Positions 1 to 11,936 are shown, counted from the stretch's first letter. The stretch: DNA of 64,000 nt from an uncultured delta proteobacterium (GCA_963815115.1 CAWFFN010000009.1:320001-384000); one strand, 5' to 3'. Numbers and translations are program-made. Notes: generated by a model not told the origin, from the letters alone.

Positions 1-513
1 CCAGCGGATCCGAACAGTGATGGGTGCGTCGACGGGGCGAAGGCAAAGTTCGCGGGCGACGGCGATCCGTCGAAGGGTTGTTTCAGGAAGCTCGAAGCCA
101 AGAAGAACAACGACTGCATCACGTTCGGTGACACCGCGCCCGCCGAGCTGCTCGTTGATGATTGTATTGGTGCGCTGGTCGCCGCCATCGATCCGCCTCC
201 GCTCGAACAGACGAAGTGTGGCGTCGGCAAGAAGCAGTGCGTCGCTGTGAAGCTGAAGAGCCTTCTCAGCTGCTACCAGAAGGCACAGACACCGGGGAAG
301 GTGGTTGAGCCGGAGCTGAGCCAATGCCTCGCGAAGGCGATGGCCAAGTTCGATGGTGGCCCCGATCCTGCGCGGGGCTGCTTTGCCAAGCTCGAAGCCA
401 AGCGCCGGAAGGACTGTCGGCCTCCTCTCGGGAACACGATGGCTGTCGAGACCATTGTCGACTCGTGCGCGAGCACGTTCATGGCGCTGCTTCAGGACAC
501 GATGGTGCCCTGA
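1..513 (+). CDS. Cys-rich, probably secreted protein, 3' part (runs off the window edge)
   Basis: Frame 1 is open from base 1 to TGA at 511-513 and carries two copies of a C..AKAKF.G.DP..GCF.KLEAK..DC unit. Confidence 0.7.
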   Translation, partial: PADPNSDGCVDGAKAKFAGDGDPSKGCFRKLEAKKNNDCITFGDTAPAELLVDDCIGALVAAIDPPPLEQTKCGVGKKQCVAVKLKSLLSCYQKAQTPGKVVEPELSQCLAKAMAKFDGGPDPARGCFAKLEAKRRKDCRPPLGNTMAVETIVDSCASTFMALLQDTMVP

Positions 514-765
514 CATGGGTCACGCTGCCCAGCGAGAAATCGCCGTTGGGGACCAGGTTCGCGGCCTGAGCGACCCCGGCCAGAGAGTGCCCACCGTGGT
601 GAACATCTTCCGACTGAATCCACGGCGGACGATACGACCGAGCCGCGAGAAGCTCAGCAGAGGGTATCGATCCCATTGTTCATCTGGAACCTCCTTGCTT
701 CACCGCTGTGCCCAAAGATGAGCTGACCAATGCCAGCTGTAGATAGGGGAGGGGCACTCATGGCG

Positions 766-834
766 CGTGCCGTGCCGGCACCTCCACGCCCCCGTTCATA
801 GCATTGAACGGGGAGACCGGGGTGGTACGGCACG
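766..834. repeat. long imperfect hairpin
   Basis: CGTGCCGTGCC (766-776) pairs with GGTACGGCACG (824-834); inner stem CCCCGTTCA (790-798) / TGAACGGGG (805-813). Confidence 0.6.
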
Positions 835-842
835 AGCTCTCT

Positions 843-970
843 CTACCAAGTAACTCGCACCGCCGATGACCTCAGGCGGCGGGGCGGAGGGTGACCTCGT
901 AGCCCAGATGGTGCAGGCGGCGCGTGAGCCCGGCGACGAGGCGGGCGTGGTCGCCGCGTTGGAAGGTGGT
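843..970 (-). mobile_element. right-end remnant of a diverged IS110 relative
   Basis: Encodes [30 protein letters not shown] and ends GCGAGTTACTTGGTAG, like the full copies at 23534, 34250 and 47600. Confidence 0.9.
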
Positions 971-2801
971 CCGGGCATCCCAGGCGGTGTCCGGCGAGAT
1001 CATCCTCGAGAAGCTCGTCGACACGCTCATGATGGTCGCGCTCGAGCACGCGGGAGCAGAGCGCGGCCTCCTGATCCTCCCGCGGAACGACGAGGAGTGG
1101 ATCGAGGCCGAAGCCACGACGTCCGGGGGCACGGTCGCCGTCCGGCTGCGCGAGGCCCGGGTGACCCCGGCCGACCTCCCCGAGTCGGTCCTGCGCTACG
1201 TCATCCGGACGAAGGAGTGCGTGATCCTGGACGACGCCACGACCGAGGAGCTTTTCGCGTCCGATCCGTACATCCGTCGCAGCCAGGCTCGTTCGGTCCT
1301 TTGCCTGCCCCTGCTGAAGCACGCGGAGCTGGCCGCCGTCCTCTATCTCGAGAACAACCTTGCGCCCCACGTGTTCACGGCGGCGCGGACCGAGCTGCTC
1401 AAGCGGGTCGCCGCGCAGGCGGCGATCTCGCTGGAGAACCCCACCTCTATGCAGAGCTTCGCCACGCGGAACGGACGGTTCGCCGGCACGAGCAGGATCT
1501 GCGCCTGACGATCGACGCGATTCCCGAGATCGTCTGGACCGCGCGGCCCGACGGTGTCGTCGACTCGCTCAATCGGCGCTTCCTCGATTTCGTCGGATTC
1601 TCTTCGCCGGAGGAAGCGGGCGAATTGCGCTGGGACGCCGTGGTGCATCCCGAGGACTACGCGACGGCCCTGCAACGGTGGTGGGCGTGCGTTCGCTCCG
1701 GTGAGCCCTACCAGGCCGAGCTCCGAGCTCGCCGGCACGACGGGGAGTATCGCTGGACCATGATCCGTGCCCTGCCGCTGCGCGACGAGGCGGGAACCAT
1801 CGTCCGCTGGTACGGCACCGGCGTCGACGTCCAGGACCGGAAGCAAGCGGAGGAGACGATCCGGGAGCAGGAAGGCGAGCTGCGGCTGCTCGTCGATCTC
1901 GTCCCGCACCATATCCTGGTGGCGGACGCGGAGTGGCGGCTTCTCCGCGCAAACCGGTCGGGTCTGGACTACTTGGGCCTCACGTTCGAGGAGCTCTCTC
2001 GAAACGAGAGCTTCGCCTACTATCACCCCGACGATCTCGACAGCCTGCGGACGGCGATCGAGTCGATCTCGCAGGGCATCCCGAAGGACTTCGAGGCGCG
2101 CGCGCGCCGGCGCGACGGCCAGTTTCGATGGCACCTGTTCCGTTTCGTCCCCCTGCGCGACGAGCACGGACGCGTGCTTCGATGGTACGTGACGGGCACC
2201 GACATCGAGGATCGGAAGCGCGCCGAGGAGCGCGTGCACGAGGAGAACCTCGCGCTCCGCGAGGAAATCGACAACGCCTCGATGTTCGAGGAGATCGTCG
2301 GGACCTCCCCGCGCCTTCGAGCCGTCCTCTCCAGCGTGTCGAGGGTGGCGCCGACGGATTCGACCGTGCTCATCACCGGTGAGACCGGAACGGGCAAGGA
2401 GCTCGTCGCCCGAGCCATCCACAAGCGATCGCGGCGATCGGCGCGAGCGTTCGTGAGCGTCAACTGTGCCGCGATCCCCCCCTCGTTGATCGCCTCGGAG
2501 CTGTTCGGTCACGAGAAGGGGGCGTTCACCGGGGCGCTGCAACGCCGCCTCGGCCGCTTCGAGCTCGCGGACGGCGGGACGATCTTCCTCGACGAGATCG
2601 GCGATCTCCCCGCCGACACCCAGCTCGCCCTCTTGCGGGTTCTCCAGGAACGCCAGTTCGAGCGTGTGGGGGGGACGCGATCGATCAGGGCGGACGTGCG
2701 CGTGATTGCCGCCACGAATCGGGACCTCGAAGCAGCCATGGCCGGGGGCGAGTTCCGGAGCGACCTCTTCTATCGGCTGAACGTGTTCCCGATCGAGGTG
2801 G
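961..2801 (+). pseudogene. GAF-PAS-PAS sigma-54 enhancer-binding protein, truncated at both ends
   Basis: GAF (ASQAVSGEI...LYLENN), two PAS/PAC domains, Walker [15 protein letters not shown]; frameshift near 1440; stops at FPIEV where the 90-bp module begins; no HTH. Confidence 0.85.
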
Positions 2802-2892
2802 CTGATAGGCACGACGAAGGGCCTTTTGCCGCGGAGGCTTACAGAACGCCCCATCCCGGACCTTCGCCGCATTTTCGCACGCTCCGTCAACA
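2802..2892 (+). repeat. solo copy of the 90-bp module (CTGATAGG...CCGTCAACA)
   Basis: Near-identical to 21964-22053 but not followed by IS110. Confidence 0.9.
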
Positions 2893-3628
2893 CAGACCCC
2901 ACCTGTAGCTTGCTAGACCCAGCTCTGGCGAGGGCTTACGCGCGGCCGACCGGCTGCGGTAGGCCCTCGTCGGCTGGGGTTCCATGTACGCACCATGTAC
3001 GCAGGCATCCGCGGCGTCAGGGGCTCCGCCACGAGCGAGGCGACGTCGATACCCGCTTGATGACCCGCGCGGAGAACCTGGCCTCGACGGATCTTTCGGG
3101 CTGGCTGGACTCCGTGCAGACGTGGCGGCTCACGCACTCATAGGATGCCGCATCCTGTGCGCCTGCCGCGCTGGCCGCCCTGAAGTATGTCGGGCGCTCG
3201 CCACCCGTGACGGTACTGTCCCTGACCTTCCAGGCGTTCGGGCGCCTGCAGGCGTCGCGTCCCTCGGTCCGTTGGCGGTCGTCGCGTCCGGCCTCCTCGT
3301 CCTCGGGCTGCTTCGCTACCGGTGACGATCGACGATACGCGGCGGCGCGTGGCTGGATCGCAGGGACGATCGCAGCGATCAGTCTGGGAAGGGCGCATGA
3401 AGGGGGTATTCGCCCTTCGTCCCTACCAGCCATCTCCCCGGCGCGTCTACCAGCCCGCCGCCCTTCCGTAACGGAGGTACAGGGTCTCGTCCTCAAGGAC
3501 ACAAGTCGAGGATCAGAACCTCGGCCTCGACGGGGGCTCGTACGCGGGGCTCGTGTGACGGGCAGGTATGTGATTCCTTGGCTGCCTGCAGGAACCGCAG
3601 AACGCGCGCGTGAATGGTATCTCCCCGC

Positions 3629-4792
3629 TCACGGTCGAGCGGGCGGAACGCGCCCGTCCCGGAGCCAAGTGGTCACCACCCGGCACGCGAGGTCGAGGTT
3701 GCCCATCTGGCAATGACTGTCGGCGTGCTCGGCAGCGGTGAACATCCGCACCTGCACCGAGCGTGCCGAGGTGAGGGCTGCGGCCTGGCGCCGAGTCAGG
3801 ACCGGCGGCTGGAACGCGTCGTGCTCACCGCAACACAGCAGCACGTCCTGCGTGACGCGGGCGCTGCCGATGTGCTCGGCGTTCATTCCCAGGAACCAGT
3901 CGGCCACATCCATCGGCTCGTGGCCGTCGACGAGGTAGAGCGTCTGGTTCACGACGTACCGGAGCACCGGGAAGAGGCGCGCCCGCACCCGGATGCTCCA
4001 GTTCATGACTCCCCGGAGCCGGAGCATCCGCCGGGCGACGGCGCGCACCGGCCCCGGCAGCTGGTACAACCAGTCGTACACCGGGGGCCAGCTCACGACC
4101 CGGTCGATGCGCGGTTCGCGACCCGCGGCGCGCAGTGCCCAGTATCCGCCCATCGAGATTCCGACGATCGCAGCGCGGTCGACTGAGAAGTGGTCAAGGA
4201 CCGCGGCCACGGGCTTCTCCCAGTCGTGATCGAAGGTCAGCCGACCGAGGGCGCGCGCGCCGCCCTGCCCGGGGCCTTCGTAGGCGATCACGTCGAAGCC
4301 GCTCGCGGCGATGCGCTCCCAGATCGCGTAGAATTCCTCGATCAACGAGTCGAAGCCGCCGTGAAGCAACACGGTGCCGCACGACGCCGACCCGACGACG
4401 CGAAGTCGATAGGCGGGAAGCGTCGCGCCGCCGTAGGGGATCTCGTGGCGGACCGCGCCCCCGTCGCGGAACGCGCGGTCGAACAGGTCGCGGTAGCGCC
4501 GGTAGATCGGGACTCCGGCGCCGAACCTCTTCGGAGTGAAGAACTCGGCGACGCGCAGATAGCTCGTCGCGTTGCGGAGCCGGCCCTCGGCCTCGACGCG
4601 CTCGGCCAAAGCGGTGAACACCTCGGCGCAGTCGTCGAGCGAGCTGATCGCTCGCGCAGCAGTTCTCAGCTCCTGGCCATCGGCGAAACCGAGGGCGTGC
4701 GCACGGTTGAGCTGGTAGTTGAGAAAAGGAATGCGGTGGAAGGCCTCGAACCCGACTGGCAGCTCCGCCATCTTTACGTCGAGATCGCCCAT
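3629..4792 (-). CDS. alpha/beta hydrolase (FrsA/esterase-like)
   Basis: HGGFDS, GPGQG, GISMGG nucleophile elbow, C-terminal HCQ. Confidence 0.85.
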   Translation of the reverse strand: MGDLDVKMAELPVGFEAFHRIPFLNYQLNRAHALGFADGQELRTAARAISSLDDCAEVFTALAERVEAEGRLRNATSYLRVAEFFTPKRFGAGVPIYRRYRDLFDRAFRDGGAVRHEIPYGGATLPAYRLRVVGSASCGTVLLHGGFDSLIEEFYAIWERIAASGFDVIAYEGPGQGGARALGRLTFDHDWEKPVAAVLDHFSVDRAAIVGISMGGYWALRAAGREPRIDRVVSWPPVYDWLYQLPGPVRAVARRMLRLRGVMNWSIRVRARLFPVLRYVVNQTLYLVDGHEPMDVADWFLGMNAEHIGSARVTQDVLLCCGEHDAFQPPVLTRRQAAALTSARSVQVRMFTAAEHADSHCQMGNLDLACRVVTTWLRDGRVPPARP

Positions 4793-4930
4793 CGATCGCA
4801 GCCTATCTGGTCAGTCCCGCAAATCGAACCGGCACCGCCACCGGCACGAGCCGCCGCGCGCCGCCGCCGGCACCCGCAAGGTGCGCTCACGACTGCGTGC
4901 GATCTGCGGAAGAGAGAGGCCCCCCTCGGC

Positions 4931-5617
4931 TCAGCCGATCCACGCGAGCGCCTGTTCCAGCACCCGGAAGCCGTCGGCAGGTACGCACGCGCCGTGAGCG
5001 ATCATCACCCGCTCGGGGTTCCAGCCGAGCACCTCGGCCTTCGCTCGACGCGCCGCCCGACGGTCGACGAACGTCAGGCGCAGTTCGCGCGGCGTGCTGC
5101 CGCCCGGACCGACAAGGCCGTCGAGCCGCATGATCCAGCCCCGCCACCCGCGGGCCACGGACGGGTCGAACCGCTGGACCAGATCCGCGAAGATGGCCGT
5201 CCGCGAGGCGCGATGAAAGAACACGACCTCCTCCAGCGCGAAGCTGCCGTGGAAGATCACCTGATCGATGTCGCGTGCCCAGGCAGGGTCGGGCGCATCC
5301 CCGAGCTCGTCGTCGAAGCGCAGCTCCCGCCGCCGGCGCGCGAGGCCGGGCGAGGCGTGCAGTCGTGCCGCGGGCCAGCGCGCCTTCCAGGCGCCGAGGA
5401 AGAGGTGGTGAAGCTTGTTGGGCGAGACAACGTCGCCGACGGGTCCGAGCCGGTCGATCTCCTGCGCGAGCGCGTCATCGAGTGCGATCGGCGACCAGGC
5501 CCACAGCGTGCCGTTGCGGAGCCGAACGAGTACCATCCGCGTCGGATATGGGAACCCGAGGAAGGAGACGGTCGGACCATCGGCGATCCAGATGTCCCGA
5601 TCGACCGTCGTGAGCAT
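4931..5617 (-). CDS. DUF4336-type protein (metallo-beta-lactamase-like)
   Basis: YPTRMVLVRL, SPNKLHHLF, EVVFFH, AHG motifs. Confidence 0.8.
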   Translation of the reverse strand: MLTTVDRDIWIADGPTVSFLGFPYPTRMVLVRLRNGTLWAWSPIALDDALAQEIDRLGPVGDVVSPNKLHHLFLGAWKARWPAARLHASPGLARRRRELRFDDELGDAPDPAWARDIDQVIFHGSFALEEVVFFHRASRTAIFADLVQRFDPSVARGWRGWIMRLDGLVGPGGSTPRELRLTFVDRRAARRAKAEVLGWNPERVMIAHGACVPADGFRVLEQALAWIG

Positions 5618-5654
5618 GGCGGGATGGTCAGTGGCTATCAATGACGGTCGGCGA

Positions 5655-6062
5655 GTGAAAGCGACCGCCGCATTCCTTGCGTTGACGCTCGTCGCGCTCG
5701 GCTCCTGTGGATCCCGACCCGACCCCTCGACGCCGGGCGGCGCCGCCGCCCGCTTCCTCGATGCCTACTTCGGCCTCGACCTCGACGCGGCGCTGGCGGC
5801 GAGCGTTCACCGTGCACGCGAGCGGGTCGAGGCGGAGCGACGGCTCACGGCCGGGCAGCGGGTCGACGCGGAGACACGGGTGCCGATCATCCGCTATCGC
5901 CTTCTGCGCGAGGAGCCGGGGGAGGGTACCATGGTTCATCTCGTCTACGAGGTTCGCGCCACCGTGCCGGACGCCGGGACGAGCGAGCAGCGATGGCTCG
6001 TCACCGTCGATCGGATCGGAGAGAGGTGGATCGTCGCGGACTTCGATCGCCTTCCCGGCTGA
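5655..6062 (+). CDS. putative lipoprotein
   Basis: GTG start, MKATAAFLALTLVALGSC lipobox-like signal. Confidence 0.65.
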   Translation: MKATAAFLALTLVALGSCGSRPDPSTPGGAAARFLDAYFGLDLDAALAASVHRARERVEAERRLTAGQRVDAETRVPIIRYRLLREEPGEGTMVHLVYEVRATVPDAGTSEQRWLVTVDRIGERWIVADFDRLPG

Positions 6063-6423
6063 AGAGCGGAGGCGGTCGGTCGCGGGACGAACGGAGGCCT
6101 GACGGCGCAAGACGCAGTGTTCTGGACGATCGTCTCGGAAAAGTCGTGCTGCGCTACGTGGACGCGACGCGGCACGTCGACACGGCACGCCATCGACCTG
6201 ATCGCTCTATCGGCGCTGCTGTGGACAATCGTGGAGTCGGTCCAATTCCTGGCATGACGCCGGGTGAAGTGGAAGTGTCGAGCGGCGATGAAGCTGAGAT
6301 GTCGAGAATCAGCGGCAATCGTCGTTGGCCGACCCGATGCCGTAGCGGTTCCCATCGGGTGTGCGGACGTCGTCCCTCTCCGCACGCCTTGCTCAACTGG
6401 AGGGATACTCAGCGGAGTAGATT

Positions 6424-6534
6424 GTGAGCGACATCGATGAGACGAGGCGCCGTGAGGAGAGAGGCAAGCGCATCGCGATCGTCATGGCCCTGATCGCTTT
6501 GGTCGTCTTCGGCTTCGTTTGGTTCTTCCGGTAG
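6424..6534 (+). CDS. 36-aa single-pass membrane microprotein
   Basis: GGAG then GTG; MSDIDETRRREERGKRIAIVMALIALVVFGFVWFFR*; too short for the ORF track. Confidence 0.5.
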   Translation: MSDIDETRRREERGKRIAIVMALIALVVFGFVWFFR

Positions 6535-6847
6535 TAGTTCGACCGCCTCGGTGCCGACGACCCGACGGTAGGCGACGTGCCTGCGCCGTCTTCGGCCGCC
6601 GCGCCCACTGTTCGGGCACCTCGTGCTCCGTCGCTGTCACCACCAACTCAGCCTTCGGTCGCCCCCAACGCCATCCGCCTCCTCCTCATAGCAGAGACGA
6701 CTGGGCGACTTATTCCGTGAACTTCGGGCTCAGGACACTAGAGAGAGGTACGCGCTGTGGATGTGCACCCAGTCCCTGGCGTGGAACCACATGCGGGATA
6801 CCTGGTGCGAGAGTGGCCACGGTGCACGATGGCGGGGGGTCCGACCT

Positions 6848-9028
6848 TCATGACGGCGTCGAGTGTGCACCCTCCAGGAACGCTCGCACCGCTGCCTCGT
6901 TTGACCGGTGGGTCGTGATCATGAGGACGTCACCGGCATCGATCCGGGTGTTTGCCCGGGGGAAGAGGGTCTCGCCGTCGCGCGTGATCGAGACCACCAG
7001 CGCATCGCGAGTAAGTCGCGCCTCCGCGAGCGTCCTTCCCGTGAGCGGTGACGACGCGGCGATGTGCGCCTCGAACAGCGACGTATCCTGTGGAAGCGTG
7101 GCGGCCCGGCGCACGCTGCGTCTCAGCGTAGCCTTGTAGGTCTGGAGGATGTCGCGCACCGTCACCCGGCCGACGACGTGACCGCTGTCCAGGACGGGAA
7201 GCCAGCTCATCCCGGAGTCCACCAGCCGGCCGAGCGCCGCCTCCAGCGTGTCGTTCGGCCCCAGCTTGTCCGGAAGTTGCGACATCGCCGCTTCCGCCAG
7301 GACGGAGGGATCGTCCGATCGCATCACCTCGTCGATGCGCGCCTGCGTGATGACGCCGACGACCTCGGCATTGCCGTTCACGACGACGACACCCGTCTCG
7401 CGCGCCCCCTCCGGCGCGGTGCTCACGGGCGTCGTGGCGACGAGAACGGGACCGGGAGCCGCCATCGCGTCGCGAACCAGCAACGCCGACAGCATCGGAA
7501 AGCTCAGGCGGACACGATGGAAGGGCGAGCTCGACCGATCTCGAAGCTGGGAGCGATAGATGGTCTTGTCGCCGACGAGGGCGGTCGACACCGCGACCGC
7601 GATCATCGCCGGCGCCAGCAGCGAGAGGTTGCCGGTCATCTCCGCAACCATCAGCATGACCGCGAGGGGCGCATGCGCGATACCGCCGAAGAGCGCCATC
7701 ATGCCGATGATCACGAACGCGGTCGGCTGCGTCGGCATGTGTGGCAGCACCCCGTAGCCGAGCCGCCACAGTGACGCGCCGAGCATCCCGCCGACCACCA
7801 TGCCGGGCGCGAAGATGCCGCCCGATCCGCCGGAGCCGATCGACAGCGACGTGGCGACGATCTTCGCGAACGGCAGGACGAGGACGATCCACAACGGAAG
7901 CGCGAGCAGCGTGTCGCTCCGCATCCCGAGCTGCACCCAGCCGTATCCCATGTGCAGGATCTGGGGCATCACGATGCCGATCAGTCCGACGATCAGGCCG
8001 CCCAGCGCCGGCTTCACCCACGCGGGCAGTCGCAGGTGGTGAAAGATGCTGGTGATGCCGTAGAAGGCGCGCGCATACAGCAGACCACCGAGCCCGCTCG
8101 CCACCCCGAGCACCGCGTAGTAGACGAGCTCGACGGGCGAGCCAAGCGCCAGCTCCGGGTGATTGCCGAACATCGGCGCGAAGCCGCAGTACGAGCCAAA
8201 CACCGTGTATCCGACGATCGATGCGATGAGCGCCGGGATGATGGCCTCGACCTCGAAGTCGTGGATGTAGAGGATCTCGCTCGCCAGCAACGCGCCCCCG
8301 AGGGGGGCGCGGAAGATCGCGCCAATGCCAGACCCGATCCCCGCGGCGACCGCGATCCGCCGGTCGGCGAGATCGAGACCGAGCCAGCCCGCGAGCAGGG
8401 AACCGAACCCGGCCGATATCTGCGCCGTGGGCCCTTCCCGGCCGGCCGAGCCGCCCGAGCCGATCGTAATCGCCGACGCGACCAGCTTGATCGGCGGGAT
8501 GCGCGCGCGGACGCGCCCCTCGTGGTGATGGATGGCCGCGATCGCGGCATCGGTCCCGTGACCCTCGGCCTCGGGAGCGAGCTTGAACACGATGAGGCCG
8601 GAGAGGAGTCCGCCGAGGGTCGTCACAAAGGGCAGCCGCCAGGGATGCTCCATGGCCATGACCACGGTGAGCCCCTCGCCGGCCGGTGCGGGCGGCATGT
8701 AGCCGACAACGGCACCGAGAAAGAACTCGGTCACGAAGCGAATGGCGGCGTCGAAGACGATGGCGGCAACCCCCGCGACCACGCCGATCGCCGAGCTCAC
8801 GAGAAGCCACTTGGTGAGGCTCCGGGTGCTCTCGAATCCAGCGCCTCCGGAGAACATCGAGCGCAGACGACCCGTGTTCTCGATCGGGCGCGGCGGTGTC
8901 CCCTGTTGGCCCGGGAAGCGGGAGTCTTCGACAGGAACGAGCGGCATGTCGGGAATGAGATCATCGCAGACCCCATCGATCCAGCCTATCAATTCGGGCA
9001 TCGTGCGCCCGGCTTGCAGGCAGAGCAC
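6848..9028 (-). CDS. ClC chloride channel / H+-Cl- antiporter with CBS pair and TrkA-C domain (start codon uncertain)
   Basis: GHGTD, GREGP and GIFAP selectivity motifs; C-terminal CBS and RCK-C-like segments. Confidence 0.9.
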   Translation of the reverse strand: MLCLQAGRTMPELIGWIDGVCDDLIPDMPLVPVEDSRFPGQQGTPPRPIENTGRLRSMFSGGAGFESTRSLTKWLLVSSAIGVVAGVAAIVFDAAIRFVTEFFLGAVVGYMPPAPAGEGLTVVMAMEHPWRLPFVTTLGGLLSGLIVFKLAPEAEGHGTDAAIAAIHHHEGRVRARIPPIKLVASAITIGSGGSAGREGPTAQISAGFGSLLAGWLGLDLADRRIAVAAGIGSGIGAIFRAPLGGALLASEILYIHDFEVEAIIPALIASIVGYTVFGSYCGFAPMFGNHPELALGSPVELVYYAVLGVASGLGGLLYARAFYGITSIFHHLRLPAWVKPALGGLIVGLIGIVMPQILHMGYGWVQLGMRSDTLLALPLWIVLVLPFAKIVATSLSIGSGGSGGIFAPGMVVGGMLGASLWRLGYGVLPHMPTQPTAFVIIGMMALFGGIAHAPLAVMLMVAEMTGNLSLLAPAMIAVAVSTALVGDKTIYRSQLRDRSSSPFHRVRLSFPMLSALLVRDAMAAPGPVLVATTPVSTAPEGARETGVVVVNGNAEVVGVITQARIDEVMRSDDPSVLAEAAMSQLPDKLGPNDTLEAALGRLVDSGMSWLPVLDSGHVVGRVTVRDILQTYKATLRRSVRRAATLPQDTSLFEAHIAASSPLTGRTLAEARLTRDALVVSITRDGETLFPRANTRIDAGDVLMITTHRSNEAAVRAFLEGAHSTPS

Positions 9029-9800
9029 CCCACTATCGGTTGGCGCGACGAGTACACGAAGCGAAATCGCCGACGTCGGCGAGGCGCCGGCTGCGAAGAC
9101 GCGGCGTGGGATGGCGCCGTGCCGCCCCTCTGTGCGAGATGCTTAGCGTGCGCGGGCGCGCATCGATGGTCGGTAGCGGCCCATCGCGTAGGCGCGGCCG
9201 AGACGGGGAGAGATCGTGTGGCCGCACGATGGATCCACCGGTCGGTGCCGTCAGGACGGGCGGTCGGCTCGGGCGCGGGGGGCGACTCGCGGTCCTCGTC
9301 CCGGCCGGACTCGAGATCGACGAGCCGGGTGTGCCTCGCGAGTTGGGTCTCCTGCAGCGTTGCTTCCGCATCGCGGATGCGCGTCTCGTACTCGTCGCGC
9401 ACGATATCGAGCACGTCGCGCGGATGGTCAGGTCTCTCGCCTCCTGAAACGCCTGCACCTGCGCAGTCTCGTAGGCAAGGTCCCGCACGCACGACGCTGG
9501 CGGGGCACGCACCTCGGCCACGCCGTGACGGGCGCCGTCGTCCACCTCAGCGAGGACCGTTCCCCTGCCGCGTTTCTGACGGAGGCCGGCTGACCAGATC
9601 TCGGCTCCTTGCAGAGAAGTCGGACACGGAGACTCTTCCAGCGCGTACGACCGGTGCTCGCGGGTCGCTACAAGCTCATGTCGCGACGAGCTCCTCAAGA
9701 ATCCGGATGGCCGGCGCCCGTTTCGTGAGCAGCGAGGCAGGTGCTGCCTCGGCTCTGTGCACCGCTCCGGATGTCGGCGACGGAAAGCGGACCTCCGCGG

Positions 9801-9816
9801 CGGCCCGAACGTTGCA
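9801..9816 (+). promoter_or_regulatory. candidate sigma-54 (-24/-12) promoter for glnK-amtB
   Basis: CGGCCCGAACGTTGCA has GG-N10-GC spacing, about 260 bp upstream of the P-II gene. Confidence 0.45.
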
Positions 9817-9921
9817 TGCACGGAACCAGGACCGTCTCGGTCTCTACGCAAGGGGAAGGATAGGGGGAGCGCGTCTGGAGATGGCCGTCTTGGTGTTTCC
9901 TGGTGCCAGGCGTCCGGGTGA

Positions 9922-10416
<495 letters not shown>

Positions 10417-10472
10417 AGGAATCCGGCTCCCCACCAAGGTCGCACATGGGGAGCCGACTGGGGGGACCTGAC

Positions 10473-11936
10473 ATGCGGAAGATCGGACGGCGTGCTTGGC
10501 TTTGGTTGGTTACTGGACTTCTAGCGCTCGCCTGCGTGAGCGTTCTCACATCTCCCGCCGGCGCGGAGCCGCCCGAAGCCGCTCCGCTCTTCACCAAGGA
10601 GATGGCTGATGCGATCGTGAACTCCAAGGTCGCCCTCGATACGGTCTGGACACTCATCACGGCGTTCCTCGTGTTCTTCATGAACCTCGGCTTTGCATTG
10701 GTGGAGTCCGGCTTCTGCCGGGCCAAGAACACGACGAACATCCTCGCGAAGAACTACATCGTGTTCGCCGTCTCCTCGGTGGCGTTTCTCCTGACTGGAT
10801 TTGGCTTGATGTTCAGCGATGGCAACGGTCTCTTCGGAACGAGCGGCATCTGGTTCCTGACAGGGGCCGACAACAGCCCGGCCACGGGAGACACGTACCA
10901 AGGCGTCTATAGCGCGCTCAACTGGACTGGGACCCCCTTGTTGGCGAAGTTCTTCTTTCAGCTCGTCTTCGCCGGGACCGCGGCGACCATCGTTTCCGGA
11001 GCGGTCGCCGAGCGGATCAAGTTCGCTTCCTTCTTCCTGTTCTCGTTCATCATGGTGGGCTTCGTGTATCCCGTCGCCGGCCATTGGATCTGGGGGGGCG
11101 GTTGGCTCGCCAAGCTCGGCATGCTCGACTTCGCCGGCTCGACCGTCGTGCATTCGATCGGCGGCTGGGCGGCGTTCGCGGGCATCGTCATGCTCGGACC
11201 GCGCATTGGCAAGTACACCAAAGAGGGAAAGCCGGTCGCCATCCCAGGTCACAGTATGACATCGGCGACCATCGGGGTGTTCGTCCTGTGGTTCGGCTGG
11301 TTCGGGTTCAATCCGGGTTCGACCATGGCCGCCGACTGGGCTTCGATCGCGCACATCGCCACCACCACGAACACCGCAGCTGCGACGGCGTCGATCAGCG
11401 CGCTGCTGACCGCCTGGTGGCTGCTCGGGAAGCCGGACCTTGGCATGACCCTGAACGGGGGTCTCGCAGGGCTCGTCGCGATCACTGCCCCGTGCGCCTT
11501 CGTCAGCGTGGCGAGCTCCTTCGCGATCGGCATCATGGCCGGAGCGCTCGTGGTAGGATCGGTGCTGTTCTTCGACCGGGTGGGCGTCGACGATCCGGTG
11601 GGTGCGCTCTCGGTTCACATGGTGAACGGCGTCTTCGGTACCCTGGCGCTCGGCTTGTTCGCGGATCCGACCGTCTGCCCGGCCGCCTCCGTCGCCAAGC
11701 CGGGCCTCCTCTTGGGAGGCGGGCTCGCTCAGCTGCTCCCGCAGGCCATGGGTGTGGTCGCGGTGGGTGCCTTCGTGTTCCTCGTGGGGCTCATCGGCTG
11801 GGCGATCATCAAAGTCGTCGTGGGGCTTCGGGTGAGCGCGGACGAGGAGCTGGAAGGCCTCGACATCGGAGAGCATGGGAACTACGCATACCCCGACTTC
11901 CAGATGGCTACGATCGCGGAGCACGGCGCCCGGTAG
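10473..11936 (+). CDS. amtB: ammonium transporter
   Basis: DFAGSTVVH, WFGWFGFNPGS, DDPVGA.SVH motifs. Confidence 0.95.
   Translation: MRKIGRRAWLWLVTGLLALACVSVLTSPAGAEPPEAAPLFTKEMADAIVNSKVALDTVWTLITAFLVFFMNLGFALVESGFCRAKNTTNILAKNYIVFAVSSVAFLLTGFGLMFSDGNGLFGTSGIWFLTGADNSPATGDTYQGVYSALNWTGTPLLAKFFFQLVFAGTAATIVSGAVAERIKFASFFLFSFIMVGFVYPVAGHWIWGGGWLAKLGMLDFAGSTVVHSIGGWAAFAGIVMLGPRIGKYTKEGKPVAIPGHSMTSATIGVFVLWFGWFGFNPGSTMAADWASIAHIATTTNTAAATASISALLTAWWLLGKPDLGMTLNGGLAGLVAITAPCAFVSVASSFAIGIMAGALVVGSVLFFDRVGVDDPVGALSVHMVNGVFGTLALGLFADPTVCPAASVAKPGLLLGGGLAQLLPQAMGVVAVGAFVFLVGLIGWAIIKVVVGLRVSADEELEGLDIGEHGNYAYPDFQMATIAEHGAR

Noticed and set aside
2913-3137. weak IS6-like motif (RKIRRGQV)
   Set aside because: No other transposase motifs or inverted repeats nearby
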